Shown one piece after another: positions 1-13,345 of a stretch of DNA of 64,000 nt. A program made the translations under genes and the position numbers. The notes under the pieces are model-generated. The model saw nothing but the letters and a program-made list of their open reading frames with translations, ran no database searches and had not been told where the DNA came from. The DNA is taken from contig NC_086100.1 in NCBI RefSeq assembly GCF_963921235.1, positions 199,828,001-199,892,000 of the forward strand, in the 5' to 3' direction. Numbering within the stretch: the first letter of the stretch is position 1; every line of letters starts with the position of its first letter. Source of the stretch: Mobula hypostoma. Lineage: Eukaryota.

Positions 1-10
1 TTCTATGGTT

Positions 11-361
11 TCCACATCCTTCTTGTAGTGAGGCAACCAGAACTGAGCACAGTACTCCAAGTGGGGTCTGACCAGGGTCCTATATAGCTGCAACATTACC
101 ACTCAGCTCCTAAACTCAATCCCACGATTGATGAAGGCCAATGCACCGTATGCTTTCTTAACCACAGAGTCAACCTACGCGGCAGCTTTGAGTGTCCTAT
201 GGTCTCGGATCCCAAGATCCCTCTGATCCTCCACACTGCCAAGAGTCTTATCGTTAATACTATATTCTGCCATCATATTTGACCTACCAAAATGAACCAC
301 CTCACACTTATCTGGGTTGAACTCCATCTGCTACCTCTCAGCCCAGTTTTGCATCCTATCA
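11..361 (-). mobile_element. CR1 LINE fragment (RT C-terminal region)
   Basis: Minus strand reads [21 protein letters not shown], the motif seen in all CR1 ORF2 copies in this window. Confidence 0.85.
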
Positions 362-1594
362 AAAGGACTTGGGAGGAATACTGAATGGAAAGAATTGAGA
401 GAAGAGAGTCGGGAGAGAGAAGAATAAAGGTGCCATTAGAGGTCGGTATAGGATATGGAACCAGAATGAGATGGGCTCAGAGAGTTGCATGGGAGACCGT
501 GTATGCCCATGTCAAAAAAGACACGCGCATCCCTCTTCCTTTTCTCTCTTCAGCTCAGATGGGAGAGATGTGGCTGCCCCCTGTAGTAGTCCAGCTACAG
601 TACATCCATCCTTTTGACCCTTCACCTTACCCCAGTTCTAACCCCAGCCGTCCTCATCATATCCCCCACATCAAATTTTAATCAGTATTGTCTGGTCTGG
701 CGTTCACGGCCTTTAGGAAGCCACTGTTCAGAGCTGCACTCCAAACTGAATCCACGATTTATACTCAGATTTGAAGACTCGTGGCCCAAGTAATTTGCTA
801 AATGTAAATGTTTAAACTGAAAAAAATCACTCCAACAGTCCCTCCTGACAAAATTAAAATTTAGACTAAGAACAGCCAACCTTAAGGAGGATCTATTTAA
901 ACAGGGCAGCAGAAATGCCCTGCCTAGGGATTCTGGCCCCACTGTTACTTTATCTGCATCTACATCTACCCTGTCATCCCTAATCGCTACCTACAAAATG
1001 CTAACCAGAGAGATTGTTCCAGGAATTTGAACAACGTTCTTTCAAAATGCATCTTTGTTCATATGCCTGTTGGCTAATTGCAGCTTAATCACATTCCTTG
1101 TCTTCACCCCTTCATTCTCTGTTAGCTAAAGCTCTCTCTTTCCAGGGGCACCAGCAAGGCAAATGCATCAGGCTCACAGGCCCTCTCAGTGATGTACAGG
1201 AGGGTGAGGTGGTCTCAGTTTGAATGACTGCAAGGACCTCTCCCTGGTGGCACCCCCTTCTGAACTATCCAGTCGATCACTGGCCCGGATGCTGAAAGGG
1301 CTCAGCTCATTAGTATTCACTCGCCATTCAGGCCGGGGGCGACTGTTGTCAGATGCCATGTGCAATCTCTTCTTGGTCTGCCATATTACTGAAGTTGTGG
1401 AACCTGCTTTAACTTAAATCCCTCCCCATATATTTTCCCCAATATATTTTCCATTTTATGTTATTCAACTAATCATCTACCTTCAGCAACCAGCCTTCAT
1501 TACAGAGTCCTGTTATCATCACACTTTATCTTGTTATTCACAGGTTTCTGCCACACTTTGGTGTCTTCTGAGTTGGCATTTCCTCTGGGTTTCC

Positions 1595-1960
1595 TATTTT
1601 TCTTGCAACTGTCTGCTATCTCTGTACAAATTTGTTCCTCCAGATCCCACTAAGTATTGGGTGACCAGCAATAAAATCCCTTTATCATGATCGTCCTTTC
1701 CTTATTCCTCAGTTCCGCCCATAAATCTTCAGTAGATGTGCCTACCAGTCTGTCCTTTCTGAGCACCGCCGTGACATTTTCCCTGACAATTAATGTCACC
1801 CTTTAACCCTCCAGGTCGATCTGTCTCTTACTTACAGGTTCCACCTTCCCTGGAAGGGAGCCCAATGATCCAAAATCTAACGCCCTCCCTCTTGTATGAT
1901 CCCCTTAGCCACATATTAAACTGCTTCCTATTTCTGCCCTCGCTAGCACTTGGCATGAGG
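1595..1960 (-). mobile_element. Degraded CR1 fragment (endonuclease plus ORF1 pieces)
   Basis: Minus strand EEQICTEIADSCKKNR matches EEQICREIAGNCRKHK of the CR1 ORF at 9624-11120. Confidence 0.7.
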
Positions 1961-2339
1961 TTAATGACTAATAAAGACATACCATAATGTCCACATTCCT
2001 TTTTCTCTCCCAGTCTGCCATGCTATCGAAGTTGTGGAACCTGCTGTCCCTGCTTTAATTTAAATCACTCCCATCTATTTTCCCCAATACATGTTCTATT
2101 CAATGTTATCAAACTAATGATCTACTTTCAGCAGCCAGCCTTCATTACAGAGTACCGTTATCATCACATGTTACTTACAGGTTTCTGTCACACCCTTGCT
2201 GTCTTCCGAATTCGTGTTTCCTGTGGGTGTGCTTCCATTAACTGTGGTCAGATCTGGTGTGGCCAGTTGGTGTGCATTTCTTAAGTTCTTTGTAGTTACA
2301 TGGTTACTGGGTACACTTGACCCTCTGGTTTGTCTGTGG

Positions 2340-5300
2340 GAGCAACAAGAAGGTGAGAAATATGGTTTAACCTGAGTCCAGTGTTCCTGCTGGCTGCCTC
2401 TCCGAATCTGCACACAGATACAAGTGTCGCTTGTTAAAAGAACCACCTGTGGTCCTATCCATCTGGGAGAAAACTCCGCCCTTTCCGGCGGCACCCTCAC
2501 CATGACTTGGTCACCTAGCCGTGGGAGGTCTATCTCCTTTCCCTCTGGCTCTCTCTGATCAGCAACGTGCTGCTGTTGTTTTGGTCGGTCCCTCAACACT
2601 TTAAACCAGGAAAAGGGGAGGTGCAACGAGACCTGGGTGTCATTATACACCAGTCATTGAAAGTGGGCATGCAGGTACAGCAGGCGGTGAAAAAGGCGAA
2701 TGGTATGCTGGCATTCATAGCTAGAGGATTCGAGTACAGGAGCAGGGAGGTGCTACTGCTGTTGTACAAGGCCTTCCTGAGACCACACCTGGAGTATTGT
2801 GTGCAGTTTTGGTCCCCTAATCTGAGGAAACACATTCTTGCCATAGAGGGAGTACAAAGAAGGTTCACCAGATTGACTCCTGGGATGGCAGAACTTTCAT
2901 ATGATGCAAGACTGGATCGGCTAGGCTTATAATCTCAGGAATTTAGAAGATTGAGGGGGGATGTTATTGAAACGTATAAAATTCTAAAGGGATTGGACAG
3001 GCTAGATGTAGGAAGACTGTTCCTGATGTTGGGGAAGTCCAGAACGAGGGGTCACAGTTTGAGGATAGAGGGGAAGCCTTTTAGGACCGAGATTAGGAAA
3101 AACTTCTTCACACAGAGAGTGGTAAATCTGTGGAATTCTCTGCCACAGGAAACTGTTGAGGCCAGTTCATTGGCTATATTTAAGAGGGAGTTAGATATGG
3201 CCCTTGTGGCTACAGGGGTCAGGGGGTATGGAGGGAAGGCTGGGGCGGGGTTCTGAGTTGGATGATCAGCCATGATCATACTGAATGGCGGTGCAGGCTC
3301 GAAGGGCCGAATGGCCTACTCCTGCACCTATTTTCTATGTTTCTATGTTTCCCAGTGAAATGTGCTCCTGATCCGAATCCACGTGACTGGGATTCCCCTC
3401 CTTGGGAGGATTTCCTGAACTAGGATCCATGCAGTGGTGCTGGTGGTGCAGTCTTTTCTTGGGAAAGCCTCTACCCACCCAGTGAAGTGATCCATGATCA
3501 CTAGACAGTAACTTTTCCTCCTGCTTTTCGCAGACACCCTGTGAAGTCCATCCCGATGTTTTCCCAGGGTCCCTTAGGCTGTGGCTGGTTTGCCAGCTGT
3601 AGCTTCGTGCTGTTACCAGGGTTATACTGGGCACAAGTGATACAACGGCGGCAGAAATTCTCGACATCCCCACCCATCCCTGGCCACCACCAGTCCTGCC
3701 GGAGGGTTGTGATCATGCTGTGCCGTCCCTGATGCCTCACCCCATAATATAACCCCAGTAGTATCTGCCTAATACATGGTGGGTCACCGCGACTCCTTCC
3801 TCCCTGTGTGTCCAGCTTGCATCTAGTCCTCCGCTGCTCCCTTTCTCCTCCAATTCTCATTTTCTTCTGCCTCTACCTCTTCATGTCATTTTACTAAACT
3901 GGCTTCCGTCATTTCCACTTGCAATTTGAATTGCCTCTTGTTCCTCTGCTGCCTCCTTTGCACCGACATCTGCCCACTCATTTCCATTCTGCTCTTTACT
4001 CTCCCCTTTCTGGTGAGCTGTCACTTTAATGACTGCCACCCCTGCTGGCAGACTCACTGCTTTCAGCAGTTGTTGCACTGGGTGCCTGTGCTCAATACCT
4101 GCCCTTCTGCTGTCGGTGACTGCTCTCAGCCCCTACACTATGGTCTGGGGTGTGTGTAGCATGAGTTGTCCCACCATCTCAACAGGTTCACTCACTCGTG
4201 CTGCCCACACAGTGCAGTCTACAACTGCTACCCAGCGGGGAAGTCTTACTGCAACGGGTCTCTGCTTCCTTGAATAATAGGCCTCTGGCCTTCCTGTGTC
4301 CCCATGGTGCTGCGTTGTCGTACCCTCCCTCACTGCAGCAGTATAAGTGAAAGGGAGAGACACATCTGGCAATCCTATCATGGGTACAGAAACCAGAGCT
4401 TTCTTGATCATCTGTGAAAGTCTTTTCCTCATCTGGCCTCCATCTTACTTCCCTCATTTAATGAAGGGGTGTTTCAGGGCCCTACGGCAGTAATTAATTT
4501 GACCCATTAGCTTCCTCACTCCCCTTACATTTACTGAGCGGGGGCATGAAGCTGATTGCTAAACATCTGTCATGTGACACGTCCTTCCACTCCTGGAAAA
4601 TGGTACTGTGCAGATAGTTTTCCTATCTGAGCCTTGTGTGAACTGATTTTAAACCCCTCGTCTCGCAGTTTCTCTAAAACACTGGCTATCGCCCTTAAAG
4701 GACCTGCTTCACCTTCCAAAGCAATTAGTAGATCATCTACATATCGTAAGCTGATTGACCAGTGGGGTGTTAGATTGAGCTTTTCCAAAGTCAGCGCCAT
4801 GACCTGATGGAAAATGGCTCGGCTACTGTGCAATCCTGAGGAGTCTGGTCTACATATACTGCTGCCCTCCCAGGGTGGAGGCAAATTGGTCTTGGGACTC
4901 AGGTGCTAATGGGAGCCCCCAGAATCCATTAGTGATATCCAGGACTGGAAAAAAACTTTATGTTCGGAGACATGCCATTCCTGATTGTCGCAGGGCTCGG
5001 CACAATGGGGTGCAACCTTGGTGTGGTCTTACCAGGAACCCTGAGGTTTCTTTACTGGCCATACAGGTGAGTTAGTAGTTGACACAGTCTCTCTGAGTAC
5101 CCCTGTTGTTTTATTTCCGTCACTTTACCCTGAGCAGCTGTCAGTGCAGCTACACCAGCTATGCTGTGTTCTCTGTTGGGTGTACCTGTTCACTGCCCCT
5201 AGCTTGTCCATATTATTTCTCCCTTTCGTGAATCTATAACAGTCCCTGTTTCCCTTAGGATGTCTATTGTAAGAACAGCAGTCATTATTTGGACAGATTC

Positions 5301-5532
5301 AGAAATACACTGGAAGCTGCAGTCTGCCGATTTTGAGTATTTACAACTTGTTTCTTTCTGCTTTCACTGTTTTCCCTCCTACACCCGTAATAGAAATAGC
5401 CTGTCCAGTTGTTGGCAAGGGTGGCTCAATTATTGACAGTGATGCTGCTGTGTCAACTGACCCAGTCCATTGCTGGCCCCCTAACAGTTCTGTTGTGTCC
5501 ATCTGCAGGGCACAGTGCTGACAATTGTACAT
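2340..5532 (-). pseudogene. pol: ERV-A pro-pol remnant, frameshifted, with internal deletions and a CR1 inserted in the integrase
   Basis: ORF fragments 5341-5532 (PR), 4570-4884 (RT), 4133-4432 (tether), 3881-4078 (RNase H), 3501-3860 and 3343-3537 (IN), 2171-2607 (IN C-terminus). Confidence 0.88.
2608..3350 (+). mobile_element. Young 5'-truncated CR1 (same subfamily as 55876, 58922 and 61952 copies)
   Basis: GKGEVQRDLGV...RGYGGKAGAGF, CR1 3' UTR and (TTTCTATG)n tail. Confidence 0.95.
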
Positions 5533-5686
5533 ACGTCTTCACCGGCTGTCTGATCTGATCAACCGTCAGATTGGTCAGACTGGGCACCGATGGGGTGAGT
5601 GATTGCGAGTCTGGTATGACTTTCACCTGTTTTTCTCTCCTCTTTTTTAGACACCAATAGGCCACAGCTGCAGCATATAAACTCCT

Positions 5687-6390
5687 TTACCCTCCCAAAT
5701 CTATTCTAGCAATACCTCGTTTGTGCCCTGGCCGCTGGCAAACAAAACAGACCCTCTGGGACATCACAGCAGCTGCGTCTACTGTAGCCACTTGACGATT
5801 TCTCTTGCACTTTCTTTGGTCTATCTCACTGGCCCATGAAACTATTACAGAGTAGGCAGAGTAGGTGAACCCCACTGCTATCCCTAGATCTAAAACTTCC
5901 TGGTCAGCTGAGCTCAGGCCTTCCTTCAGCATTTTCAGGAAGACTGGGTCATCCCTCCCTGGATTATCCAACCCTGAATACTCCTCAAACGCTCGATGTT
6001 TACTTTCTGCATAATCCATGGCTGTTTCATCAGCTCTTTCAATCACTGCCGTTACCCAGTTACTCTCACCTCCCCCCAGCCGCTGTGTCACCTCCCCTTT
6101 AAAAGAGTGATATCTTTCTTCATTGCTGGCATACCCTGCAGTTGCCCCTGTACACACCCCCGGGCCACAGATTCTTCTGGCACTTTGCTATTACCAACAA
6201 GTGTGTATCTTTACGATGCATCAGGAAAATTTCAAACACTTCCTTGAGCACGCACCAGAATTCTGAACTAACCTCATGCGATTCTAAGTGAGGGCAACTC
6301 TGACAAGATACTCTGTTTCTCCCCAGGGTTGAAGAGCTTATGAATGGCCGTAATCAGAGTCAGGGGTTGGCTCGGCTCATTGGAGTTCTC
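5687..6390 (-). pseudogene. gag: ERV-A gag remnant (capsid-like region and CCHC knuckle)
   Basis: ORF 5687-6157 ends in CxxCxxxxH and lies directly upstream of the protease; the upstream part is frameshifted. Confidence 0.75.
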
Positions 6391-8525
6391 AGCCTGAAAT
6401 TGCCATCCTGACGGATATATCTGGGTAAAACCTCTCCTTGAAATATCTCCACACTACGTAAAATTTAAATGGCGGGTACCAGTTAAACAGTACATTTTTA
6501 AAACTGCAGAATGTGTTCTCCACGACCTTCCACTGTTGAGCATTAGAACTCACGATGCCTGCTCTATTCCTTTGTATTACACTCGCAAAACACATTTGCT
6601 AAAATAAAGCTTCCCAAAGGACTATAGACACCACTAGTCTGGCATCCTGAATCATTGGTAACCACCCTTCGCAACTGGTGGCACTGTCTCACCAAATTAA
6701 CACATGAAGTTTCGTCTCTTACATAAACACAATAAAAGTAGTGTTTAGATCTACTTTTGTATCTACCAGTTCAGCTCTATGTGTTCATGCACCACCGACA
6801 CGAACAGATCTAAGTGTGATGTTTACAAATACTCACCCACTTGGACTGCGAAGATCGTTGGCCACACGACAGGTCGCACAAAGGTGTCTCACCCCTGAAA
6901 CTAGATGTTGTTGCGTGAATGAAGTCTCCAGAGAAAAGTACTGGTAGGGACAAAGCAGCTTCTTAGTTGGGACCAGGTTAGGTCCTCAGAGATCTTGACA
7001 CCCAGGAACTTGAAACTTCTCACTCTCTCCACTTCTGATCCCTCTGTGAGGATTGGTATGTGTTCCTTTGTTTTACCCTTCCTGAAGTCCACAATCAGCT
7101 CTTTCGTCTGCCTTTCCTTGAGTGCCAGGTTGTTACTGTGACACCACTCCACTAGTTGGCATATCTCTCTTCTGTAGGCCCTCTTGTCTCCATCTGAGAT
7201 TCTACCAACAATGGTTGTATCGTCAGCAAATTTACAGATGGTATTTTAGTTATGCCTAGCCACACAGTCATGTATATAGAGATGGTAGAGCAGTGGGCTA
7301 AGCACACACCCCTGAGGTGCGCCAGTTTTGACCGTCAGCGAGGAGGAGATGTTATCACCAGTCTGCACAGATTGTGATCTTTCAGTTAGGAAGTCGAAGA
7401 TCCAATTGCAGAGGGAGGTAACTGCAACTTCTCAATCAGGATTGTGGGAATGATGGAGTGAAATGCTGTGCTATAGTCGATGAACAGCATCCTGACATAG
7501 GTGTTCGTGTTGGCCAGGTGCTCAAATGCTGTGTGAAGGGACATTGAGATTGCATCTGCCATTGACCTATTGTGGTGATACACAAATTGCAATGGGTCCA
7601 GGTCCTTGCTGAGGCACGAGTTCAGTCTAGTCATGACCAACCTCTCAAAGCATTTCATCACTGTAGATGTGAGTGCAACTGGGTGATATTCATTAAAGCA
7701 GCTCACATTATTCTTCTTGGGCACTGGTATAATTGTTGCATTTTTGAAGCAAGTGGGAACTTGCACCCATAGCAGTAAGACGTTGAAAATTACTTGAATA
7801 TTCCTGCCAGTTGGATGGCACAGGTTTTCAGAGCCTTACCAGGTACTCCATCGGGACCTTCCGCCTTGCGAGGGTTCACTCTCTTTCGAGCCAGTCTAAC
7901 ATTGGCCTCTGAGACAGAGATCACACGGTCATCAGGTGCAGCAGGGATCTTCACAGCTGTAGGTGTGTTCTCCCTTTCAAAGTGGGCATAGAAGGCGTTG
8001 AGTTCATCTGGTAGTGAAGCATCACTGCCATTCACACTATTGGGTTTCACTTTGTAGGAAGTAATGTCTTGCAAACCCTCTCAGAATTGTCATACATCTG
8101 ATATTGCCTCCAATCTCATTCGAAATTCTCTTTGCCCTTGAAATAGCCCTCCGCAAATCATACCTGGTTTTCTGGTACAGACCTGGGATGTCAGACTTGA
8201 ATGCCTCAGATCTAGCCTCCAGAGATGGTGTACCCCTCCTGGTTCACCCACGGCTTTTGGTTTGGGAATGTACAGTAAGTCTTTGTAGTCACACACTCAT
8301 CCCCACAGGTTTTAATAAAGTCGGTAACAACTGCAGCATTCTCATCCAGATTCAAAGATGAATCCCTGAATACAGTCCAGTCCCACCGATTCAAAGCAGT
8401 CCTGTAAGTGCCCCTGTGCTTCCCTTGTCCAAACCTTCCTGGTCCTCACTGCTGGTGCTGCAGTCTTCAGTCTCTGATATACTCAGGGAGTGAAGTACAG
8501 CTGGGTGATCAGACTTCCCGAAGTG

Positions 8526-11500
8526 AGAACCATAGAACCATAGAAACCATAGAAACTACAGCACAGAAACAGGCCCTTTGGCCCTTCTTGGCTGTGCCGA
8601 ACCATTTTCTGCCTAGTCCCACTGACCTGCACAAGGACCATAACCCTCCATACACCTCCCATCCATGTATCTGTCCAATTTATTCTTAAATGTTAAAAAA
8701 GAACCCGCATTTACCACCTCGTCTGGCAGCTCATTCCATACTCCCACCACTCTCTGTGTGAAGAAGCCCCCCCTAATGATCCCTTTAAACTTTTCCCCCC
8801 TCACCCTTAACCCATGTCCTCTGGTTTTTTTCTCCCCTTGCCTCAGTGGAAAAAGCCTGCTTGCATTCACTCTATCTATACCCATCATAATTTTATATAC
8901 CTCTATCAAATCTCCCCTCATTCTTCTATGCTCCAGGGAATAAAGTCCTAACCTACTCAACCTTTCTCTGTAACTGAGTTTCTCAAGTCCCGGCAACATC
9001 CTTGTAAACCTTCTCTGTATCCTTTCAACCTTATTTATATCCTTCCTGTAATTTGGTGAACAAAACTGAACACAATACTCCAGATTCAGCCTCACCAATG
9101 CCTTATACAACCTCATCATAACATTCCAGCTCTTATACTCAATACTTCAATTAATAAAGGCCAATGTACCAAAAGCTCTCTTTACGACCCTATCTACCTG
9201 TGACGCCACTTTTAGGGAATTTTGTATCTGTATTCCCAGATCCCTCTGTTCCACTGCACTCCTCAGTGCCTTATCATTAACCATGTATGTTCTATGTTGG
9301 TTTGTCCTTCCAACGTGCAATATCTCACACTTGTCAGTATTAAACTCCATCTGCCATTTTTCAGCCCATTTTGCCAGCTGGTCCAAGTCCCTCTGCAGGC
9401 TCTGAAAACCTTCCTCACTGTCTACTACACCTCCAATCTTTGTATCATCAGCAAACTTGCTGATCCAATTTACCACATTATCATCCAGATCATTGATATA
9501 GATGACAGGTAACAATGGATCCAGCACTGATCCCTGTGGCACACCGCTAGTCACAGGCCTCCACTCAGAGAAGCAATTCTCTACCACCACTCTCTGGCTT
9601 CTTCCTTCGAGCCAATGTCTAATTCAATTTACCACCTCTCCATGTATACCTAGCAACTGAATTTTCCTAACTAACCTCCCATGCGGGACCTTGTCAAAGG
9701 CCTTACTGAAGTCCATGTAGACAATATCCACTGCCTTCCCTTCATCCACTTTCCTGGTAACCTCCTCGAAAAACTCCAACAGATTGGTCAAACATGACCT
9801 ACCACGCACAAAGGCATGTTGACTCTCCCTAATAAGCCCCTGTCTATCCAAATGCTTGTAGATTCTGTCTCTTAGTACTCCCTCCAATAACTTACCTACT
9901 ACTGACATTAAACTCACCGGCCTATAATTTCCCGGATTACTTTTCGATCCTTTTTTAAACAACGGAACAACATGAGCCACTCTCCAATCCTCCGGCACTT
10001 CACCCGTAGACAGAGACATTTTAAATATTTCTGCCAGGGCCCCTGCAATTTCAACACTAATCTCCTTCAAGGTCCGAGGGAACACTCTGTCAGGTCCCGG
10101 GGATTTATCCACTTTAATTTTCCTCAAGACAGCAAGCACCTCCTCCTTTTCAATCTGTACAGTTTCCATGGTCTCACTACTTGATTCCCTCAATTCCATA
10201 GATTTCATGCCAGCTTCCTTAGTAAATACAGACGCAAAAAACCTATTTAAGATCTCCCCCACTTCCTTTGGTTCCGCACAAAGCCGACCACTCTGATCTT
10301 CAAGAGGAACAATTTTATCCCTTACAATCCTTTTGCTCTTAATATACTTGTAAAAGCTCTTTGGATTATCCTTCACTTTGACTGCCAAGGCAACCTCATG
10401 TCTTTTTTTAGCCCTCCTGATTTCTTTCTTAAGTATTTTCTTGCACTTCTTATACTCCTCAAGCACCTGATTTACCCCCTGTTTCCTGTACATTTCATAC
10501 AACTCCCTCTTCTTCTTTATCAGAGTTGCAATATCCCTTGAGAACCAAGGTTCCTTATTCCTATTCAATTTGCCTTTAATCCTGACAGGAACATACAAAC
10601 TCTGCACTCTCAAAATTTCCCCTTTGAAGGCTTCCCACCTACCAATCACATCTTTGCCAGAGAACAACCTGTCCGAATCCATTCTTTTTAGATCCTTTCT
10701 CATTTCTTCAAATTTGGCCTTCTTCCAGTTCAGAACCTCAACCCTAGGACCAGATCTATCCTTGTCCATGATCAAATTGAAACTAATGGTGTTATGATCA
10801 CTGGAACCAATGTGCTCCCCTACACAGACTTCTGTCACTTGCCCTAATTCGTTTCCTAACAGGGGATCCAATATTGCATCCGCTCTAGTTGGTCCCTCTA
10901 TATATTGATTTAGAAAACTTTCCTGAACACATTTTACAAACTCTAAACCATCTAGACCCCTAACCATATGGGAGTCCCAATGAATGTATGGAAAATTAAA
11001 ATCCCCTACCACCACAACTTTATGTTTCCTGCAGTTGCCTGCTATCTCTCTGCAGATTTGCTCTTCCAAGTCTCGTTGACTATTGGGTGGTCTGTAATAC
11101 AATCGCACTAATGTGGCCATACCTTACCTGTTTCTCAGCTCCACCCATAAGGACTCAGTAGACAAGCCCTCTAATCTGTCCTGCCTGAGCACTACTGTAA
11201 TATTTTCCCTAACAAGCAATGCTACTCCCCCACCTTTCATTCCTCTGCCTCGATCACATCTGAAACATCGGAACCCTGGAATATTAAGCTGCCAGTCCTG
11301 CCCCTCCTGTAGCCAAGTTTCACTAATTGCTACAACATCATAATTCCACGTGTCAATCCACGCCCTCAACTCATCCACCTTCCCCACAATACTCCTAGCA
11401 TTGAAATATATACACCTCAGAAGATTTTTACCACCACTCACAACCTTTCTATCAGCGAATTTGCTTAAACTTTCAACATCATTTATTTTCACCCCAGCCA

Positions 11501-12180
11501 CACTGTCAGCTCTGGCACTCTGGTTCCCATCCCCCTGCAAATCTAGTTTAAAGCCTCCCCAGTAGCACTAACAAACCTCCCTGAAAGGATATTGGTCCCC
11601 CTGTGGTTCAAGTGTAACCCGTCTCTCTTGTACAGGTCCCACCTGCCCCAGAAGAGGACCCAATGATCCTTAAATCTGAAACCCTGCCCCCTACACCAGC
11701 TCCTCAGCCACTTGTTCCTCCTCCAGAGCATCCTATTCCTACCCTCACTGGCACCTAGCACAGGTAGCAATCCTGAGATTACCACCTTTGAGGTCCTGCT
11801 TTTCAACTTCCTACCAAGATCTCTATACTCACTGTCCAGGACCTCTTCACTCTTCCTTGCTATGTCATTGGTACCGATGTGCACCACAACATCTGGCTGG
11901 TCACCCTCCTACTTCAGAATGTCATGCAATCGATCAGAGACATCCTTGACCCTGGCACCCGGGAGGCAACAAACCATCCTGGATTCTCTGTCACGACCAC
12001 AGAACCTCCTATCTGCACCTCTCACTATCGAATCCCCTCTCACTACCGCTCTCCTCTTTTTTCCCCCTCCCTTCTGCACTGCAGAGCCAGACTCAGTGCC
12101 AGAGATCCGGCTACTGCAGCTAGTCCCAGGTAAGTCATCCCCCCCAACAGTATCCAATGCAGTCTACTTGTTGTTGAGGG
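8526..12180 (-). mobile_element. Near full-length CR1 (ORF1 SGNH esterase + APE-RT ORF2, several stops and frameshifts)
   Basis: GDSIVRG, HIGTND and DGLHLN esterase motifs; YFNARSI; 498-aa APE/RT ORF; KFADDTK; (ATAGAACC)n tail at 8526-8555. Confidence 0.95.
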
Positions 12181-12547
12181 CGTGGAATCGCACAGCAGGC
12201 ATTCTTGATGGTGGTGTAGCAATGGTCCAATGTGTTGCTTCCTCTGGTATTGAAAGTGATCTGTTGATGGTAATTACTTAGTGATTTTTTCAGACTGGCC
12301 TGGTTAAAATCTCCCAAAATAATGGCGAAGGCGTTTGGTTGTGGTTTCGTGCATGTTGATCCTATTGCTCAGATCATCTAAAGCCTGCTTGATATTGGCC
12401 TGAGATGGAATGTAAACTGCTACCAAAATGATCCCAGAAATTTCCCGTGGTAAGTAAAATGGATGGCACTTTATTGATAGATATTCCAGGTCTGCTGAGC
12501 AGAATTGGGACAGCACTGATATATTTGTGCACCAAGAACAGTTGATC

Positions 12548-12861
12548 ATAGAAACATAGAAACATAGAAAACATATAGCGCAATACAGGCCCTTCGGCCC
12601 ACAAAGCTGTGCCGAACATGTCCCTACCTTAGAACTACCTAGGCTTTATCCATAGTCCTCTATTTTTCTAAGCTCCATGTAGCCATCCAGGAGTCTCTTA
12701 AAAGACCCTATCATTTCCGCCTCCACCACCGCTACGGGCAGCCCATTCCACACACTCACCACTCTCTGAGTAAAAAACTTACCCCTGACATCTCCTCTGT
12801 ACCTACTTCCAAGCACCTTAAAACTATGCCCTCTCATGTTAGCCATTTCAGCCCTGGAGAA
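12548..12861 (-). mobile_element. CR1 3' fragment
   Basis: RGHSFKV..KFFTQRVVSVWN and (CATAGAAA)n tail. Confidence 0.9.
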
Positions 12862-12878
12862 TAGCCTCATCAGTCATA

Positions 12879-13065
12879 AACACAAAATAATCTGCAGATG
12901 CTGGGGTCAAAGCAACACTCACAACACGCTGGAGGAACTCAGCAGGTCGGGCAGCATCCGTGGAAAAGATGGGTCGACCTTCGAAGGGTTCCGGCCCGAA
13001 ACGTCGACCGATCTTTTCCACGGATGCTGCCTGACCTGCTGAGTTCCTCCAGCGTGTTGTGAGTG
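12879..13065. mobile_element. Penelope-like pLTR fold-back insertion with about 17-bp TSD
   Basis: Inverted arms of about 60 bp (cactcacaacacgctggagg...cctccagcgtgttgtgagtg). Flanks are tagcctcatcagtcata / tagcctcaccaatcata. Partial hammerhead core in the loop. Confidence 0.8.
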
Positions 13066-13179
13066 TAGCCTCACCAATCATATTCCTCCACCTCTGCTTC
13101 TGAGACTCTGTGGATCTATCCTAACGGTGAATAGTAAACCTGTCGACCTGAATTGCTGCATCCGGTACGGAAGAGGTTA

Positions 13180-13345
13180 TAAAAGTTGCTGGTGAATGCA
13201 GCAGGCCAGGCAGCATCTATTAACTTCCAGTAGATGCTTGGGACTGTACCTCTTCCAATAGATGCTGCCTGGCCTGCTGCGTTCATCAGCAACTTTTATG
13301 TGTGTTGCTTGAAATTCCAGAATCTGCAGATTTCATCGTGTTTGA
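13180..13345. mobile_element. Penelope-like pLTR fold-back insertion with 11-bp TSD
   Basis: aaaagttgctggtgaatgcagcaggccaggcagcatc with its inverse; TSD ggaagaggtta at 13169-13179 and 13346-13356. Confidence 0.8.

Larger units (their letters stand above)
1961..6960 (-). mobile_element. Degraded endogenous retrovirus ERV-A, epsilon/class I-like (leader-gag-pro-pol, no LTRs seen)
   Basis: Ordered minus-strand remnants: Gag with CFVCQRPGH knuckle, protease VDTAASLSI, RT LRYVDDLLIA (4732-4743), tether RPEAYYSRK...LMLHTPQ, RNase H AVIKVTAHQKG..GNEWADVGAKEAA, integrase H..WWWP..CRRCITC, MDFT, FTGWVEAFP, DSDQ and C-terminal PRWIGPQVVLL...HWTQVK. Confidence 0.9.

Noticed and set aside
2171..2650. 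159-aa ORF as an intact accessory gene
   Set aside because: The start comes from antisense CR1; the remainder is the integrase C-terminus plus read-through.
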